A stretch of DNA of 64,000 nucleotides from Amphiscolops sp. MND2022 (taxonomy: Eukaryota): NCBI GenBank assembly GCA_964187785.1, contig OZ076409.1, positions 57,476,001 to 57,540,000 on the forward strand. Reading direction: 5' to 3'. The notes under the pieces were generated by a model. That model did not search any database and was not told the origin of the DNA. It saw only the letters and a list, made by a program, of their open reading frames with translations. Below are positions 60,866-64,000 of the stretch, in pieces. Positions within the stretch are counted from its first letter, which is position 1; the number at the start of each line of letters is the position of its first letter. The position numbers and the translations under genes are program-made.

Positions 60866-62950
60866 TTACAAAATGAATGAAGCGTAAATAGCCAACAAAA
60901 ATAGGAGCGTGATTGCGATCAGGGTGAAGGTCGTTGGCGGAGTGAAGAGACATCGATATGAAAATCTGAGGTACCAAAGTACCGAGAGAAATATTGCGAA
61001 TAACAAAAACATCAAATTGCTCAAGTCTATATTGTCTGAATTGAAGTTGTCCAATCTTCCGCCCCCCGATGCATCATTGCCAGCTGCATTTGAAGACCCA
61101 GAAGTAGCACTTTGAGCTAGAATGTGACAGTGGATGACGCAATTGACCAAAACGCCACTCTCCACAAGACTCAAAGTCTCATCTCGAAGTAGACCGCCGG
61201 CAAATATCAACCTCACCTGTCCGCCCCCGGAAATGACGTCACGAAATATGCGGGTTTTGAAGTCGGACAGCTTTTCAGAAGGGTGAACCTCCACTTCACA
61301 TTGAAGGTCGTTCAGAAACTTGAGTTTGATGAAATAACAGTCACACTGTTGGTCTCTCAGGTGTTCGGGCAATTCCAAGTTTAGAGAGGACAAGGAGAAC
61401 TGAGAACTGGAATAAGGAGGTGCATTTGATTGGCTGTCCGATGATGTCTGGTCAGTTTGAGATGTCGTCTGGTCAGCTGCTGTCGTAGCAGCGTTGGTGG
61501 CAGATATTGACTCAGAAGTCGCTGCTGCAACCGAACTTGTATTTCTTCTGCGCAACGTCGAAACAGCAGTTTGATGAACTTGTTCCACGAATGTCCGGAA
61601 GGAGTTTCTAAACAATTAGATATCATTTCTAAACAAAGAAAATTATAGATCGGGGAAACGTAATGGCCTTCGCGGTGTCAAAAATTGAGCAGAATTTCGG
61701 GACTTTTTATTTTTGCATCAGAACATCTGTTTACATGTTGAAACTAACAAAGTATTGTTCGTCGCAGACACCCCTCTGTTTTGAGATGTTCTGCTACCAT
61801 TTCCATTTCCAGAAATGTTGTGCAGATCGTCCTCCACAGAGGCAGACTCGTTCGAACTACTACTTGCCCCGCTTGCCACTGTTCCAGGGCCGTTGTTGTT
61901 CACGCTCTCGCCGCCTGTCCCTGGAGAAGATGCGTTGTAAGAAGTGTCGTTTAGCTCCGACTGAGTGACATCTAGTCCCGACAAGTGCTGTGAAAACAGC
62001 CACTGTTGAATTATCCCATCAAGAGCGTTAACCTTTTTAGAATTTTGGACAACAGTTTCTCAACAATAGAAACATTTTGTCTTCAATTCAATGTTTTCAA
62101 ATCTATTTTTTGTAAGACTTCGCTAGAAATCATGATAGAAAAACACTTTTCAGAAGAAAATGTTTAAACAAGACGGGAACGTCTAAAGTCGGCGCTATAT
62201 CTAAAGCTCAAAAGGCGCAAAGTTTTTAAAATTGTAAAAGGGGGACCCTTTAGACTTTTTCAAATCCAGTTTGCTGCAAAATATCAAAAAACTTGAAGGG
62301 GGGGACCGTTTGGCGACAAAAAAATTCGAAAAAAAGTAGCACAGTGCCGAAAAAAATTCAAAGGGGGGACCCTGTAGTCCCGTCCGGTTTTGTATCTTAG
62401 GTTAAAAATTGAGTACATGAAAGGGGCAACCCTTTGCACTAACTTAGATGCGATTCCGCTTGCCGGTCCAGTACTTTAGTAGTTCTGTAAAAAGTGTCTA
62501 CTACGCATACATTCTGTGGTCTGACGAAAAAAACTTGCCACAGTAATAGTCGGGCTCATTTTGATAAAATGCGCCGACTAAAAACAGTCATACTAAAAGT
62601 ATTTTCATGGGGGACTTTGCCAAGATTACGACCTGAGAGTCGTCTATCAAACTCATGATTTAGACAAACATTCACTCGAGGGACCCCTTTAAACATCGTT
62701 CATGAAGAACAGGATACGAAGAGGCACTATAATTGTCCGGTCTCTCAAGTCTAAGTGAATGGAGCCTGAAGAGTAGACTAACCTGGATGTCACTGTTGTT
62801 AAATGTCTGGTTGCCGCTGGTGAGCTGGAGGTAGAGCAGGGGTCGGTTGGGCACGTAGGTCGAGATCCACACCAGATACAGCAGCACAACCAGCAAGGTG
62901 GCCGCCAACAACAGCGTCACCTCGTCTCCGAAGCCCTCGATCAGTGTCAT
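60866..62950 (-). CDS. TMUB1: Transmembrane and ubiquitin-like domain-containing protein (TMUB1/2 family); exons 62783-62950, 61749-61987, 60866-61607; 382 aa
   Basis: N-terminus MTLIEGFGDEVT...VWIST matches the TMUB1 signature. UBL domain IKLKFLND...QVRLIFAGGLLRD...NCVIHCHI and two C-terminal TM helices. GT-AG junctions join in frame (phases 0 and 2). Confidence 0.93.
62166..62584 (-). mobile_element. Helentron-like family A variant (AGACG-GGAA-CGTCT hairpin) in TMUB intron 1
   Basis: AAACAAGACGGGAACGTCTAAAGTCGGCGC...GCGCCGACTAAAAA. Confidence 0.75.
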
Positions 62951-63270
62951 GTCACATCTGGAAACACGGCACAAGATTCAACAGATGATACATTACGTTC
63001 ACATATTACACATATACAGATCTCCGGATTCAGCAACTAACAATGAGTTAAATGAACATTAACAACCTCTGTTCGAGACACTTCATGAAAATGGTACAAA
63101 ATAAAAATTCGGTCAATTTTCTACGAAACCACCTATTCTTCGTACACGAGCTATAACTCAGCCGAAAAAAAACTTGCATTTCAATAAGTTGGAATGAGCT
63201 AGAGTAACAAGCTCATCATGGGTGAAGATCAAGAAAAAAATGTCCAGAGATAACAGTGAAAATTTTGCAA

Positions 63271-63813
63271 TTTTTTAGTCGGCGCTTTTCGTAGAAAACG
63301 CAGACTATAGCAGTGACTTTTTTTTCAAGACCAACGAAGTGACAGATTTCATAAGCTTTATAAGCTGCGTCCACTAACTGCCACACTTGTAACTTCTACT
63401 GCCACTTGGCATAGAGGTTAATTAGGATAGTTTTTGATGTCTGCCAAGCAGACGGACGTGGGTTCGAGTCCCGCCCATGACAAAAAATTTTTTGTGCAAG
63501 TTTTTTTCGGCTTGGTGAGACTTTTCTCGCAAATTTGTTAAATGTCTCCAAAGGGCCCCCTTCATTTTTTCCCCTATTTTGCAAAAACATGGATGTTCAA
63601 AAACTCCCAAAGGCCCCCTTTTACATTTTTCGGCACTATGCGACTTACCGGAGACAAAAAAAAATATCGAAAAAAATTCAATAAAAATTCGAAATCTTTT
63701 TTCAATTTTTTCCTCACGCGGGTACTGTAGAAGAGAATACTTGACACATTGAAGTCCTTTTGCTATTTTTGAGCCTTAGATATGGCACCGACTTGGGCCG
63801 TTCCCGGCTTGTT
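63271..63813 (+). mobile_element. Helentron-like family A copy with tRNA-Gly(GCC)-like cassette (~63400-63478)
   Basis: TTTTTTAGTCGGCGCTTTTCGTAGAAAACGCAGACT ... TGGCATAGAGG ... CT-GCC-AA ... GGTTCGAGTCCC ... GGCACCGACTTGGGCCGTTCCCGGCTTGTT. Confidence 0.8.
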
Positions 63814-64000
63814 GAATGTTTTCGTGGGTATGAATGTCGCACAGTGCCGAAACAGTAGGTCTTTTCCAGAGGTTTTGCGAAAACTCTCAGCAGTCCCACA
63901 TTAACAGTGAATTGTACACGATACACGATTTTTTGCTTTTTTAATACACGAACCTACACGATAGACGATTTTTTGAAATATACACAAAATTGTCTCAATA

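Overview
AT-rich, repeat-dense eukaryotic (invertebrate-animal-like) genomic DNA with GT-AG spliced genes. No prokaryotic operon, CRISPR array, rRNA or intact tRNA is visible. Host genes: (1) first exon of an unknown NLS-bearing protein (1236-1708, -); (2) a 3-exon long coiled-coil protein gene (30974-42339, +); (3) a tentative small single-pass membrane protein gene (56832-59302, -); (4) a clear 3-exon TMUB-family gene (60866-62950, -). Most of the rest is transposon-derived: a 2.65-kb solo LTR with a 5-bp TSD, a decayed and rearranged Gypsy gag-pol, a CR1/L2-like LINE remnant, nested CCC...GGG MITEs with 2-bp TSDs, a GG-terminal MITE with an 8-bp TSD, a 2.95-kb tandem duplication and a ~2.1-kb triplication. 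The most striking signal is a set of at least four non-autonomous element families with Helentron/DINE-1-type architecture: short subterminal inverted repeats, a 5' fold-back, a 3' stem-loop, and insertion into T-runs with no TSD where testable. Families share or swap terminal and internal modules, and several carry tRNA-derived A-box/B-box cassettes whose positional anticodons differ (GCC, TTC, TGC, tentatively TTG, TGG). All coordinates were read by eye. Family assignments come from structure and remembered motifs, not database searches.
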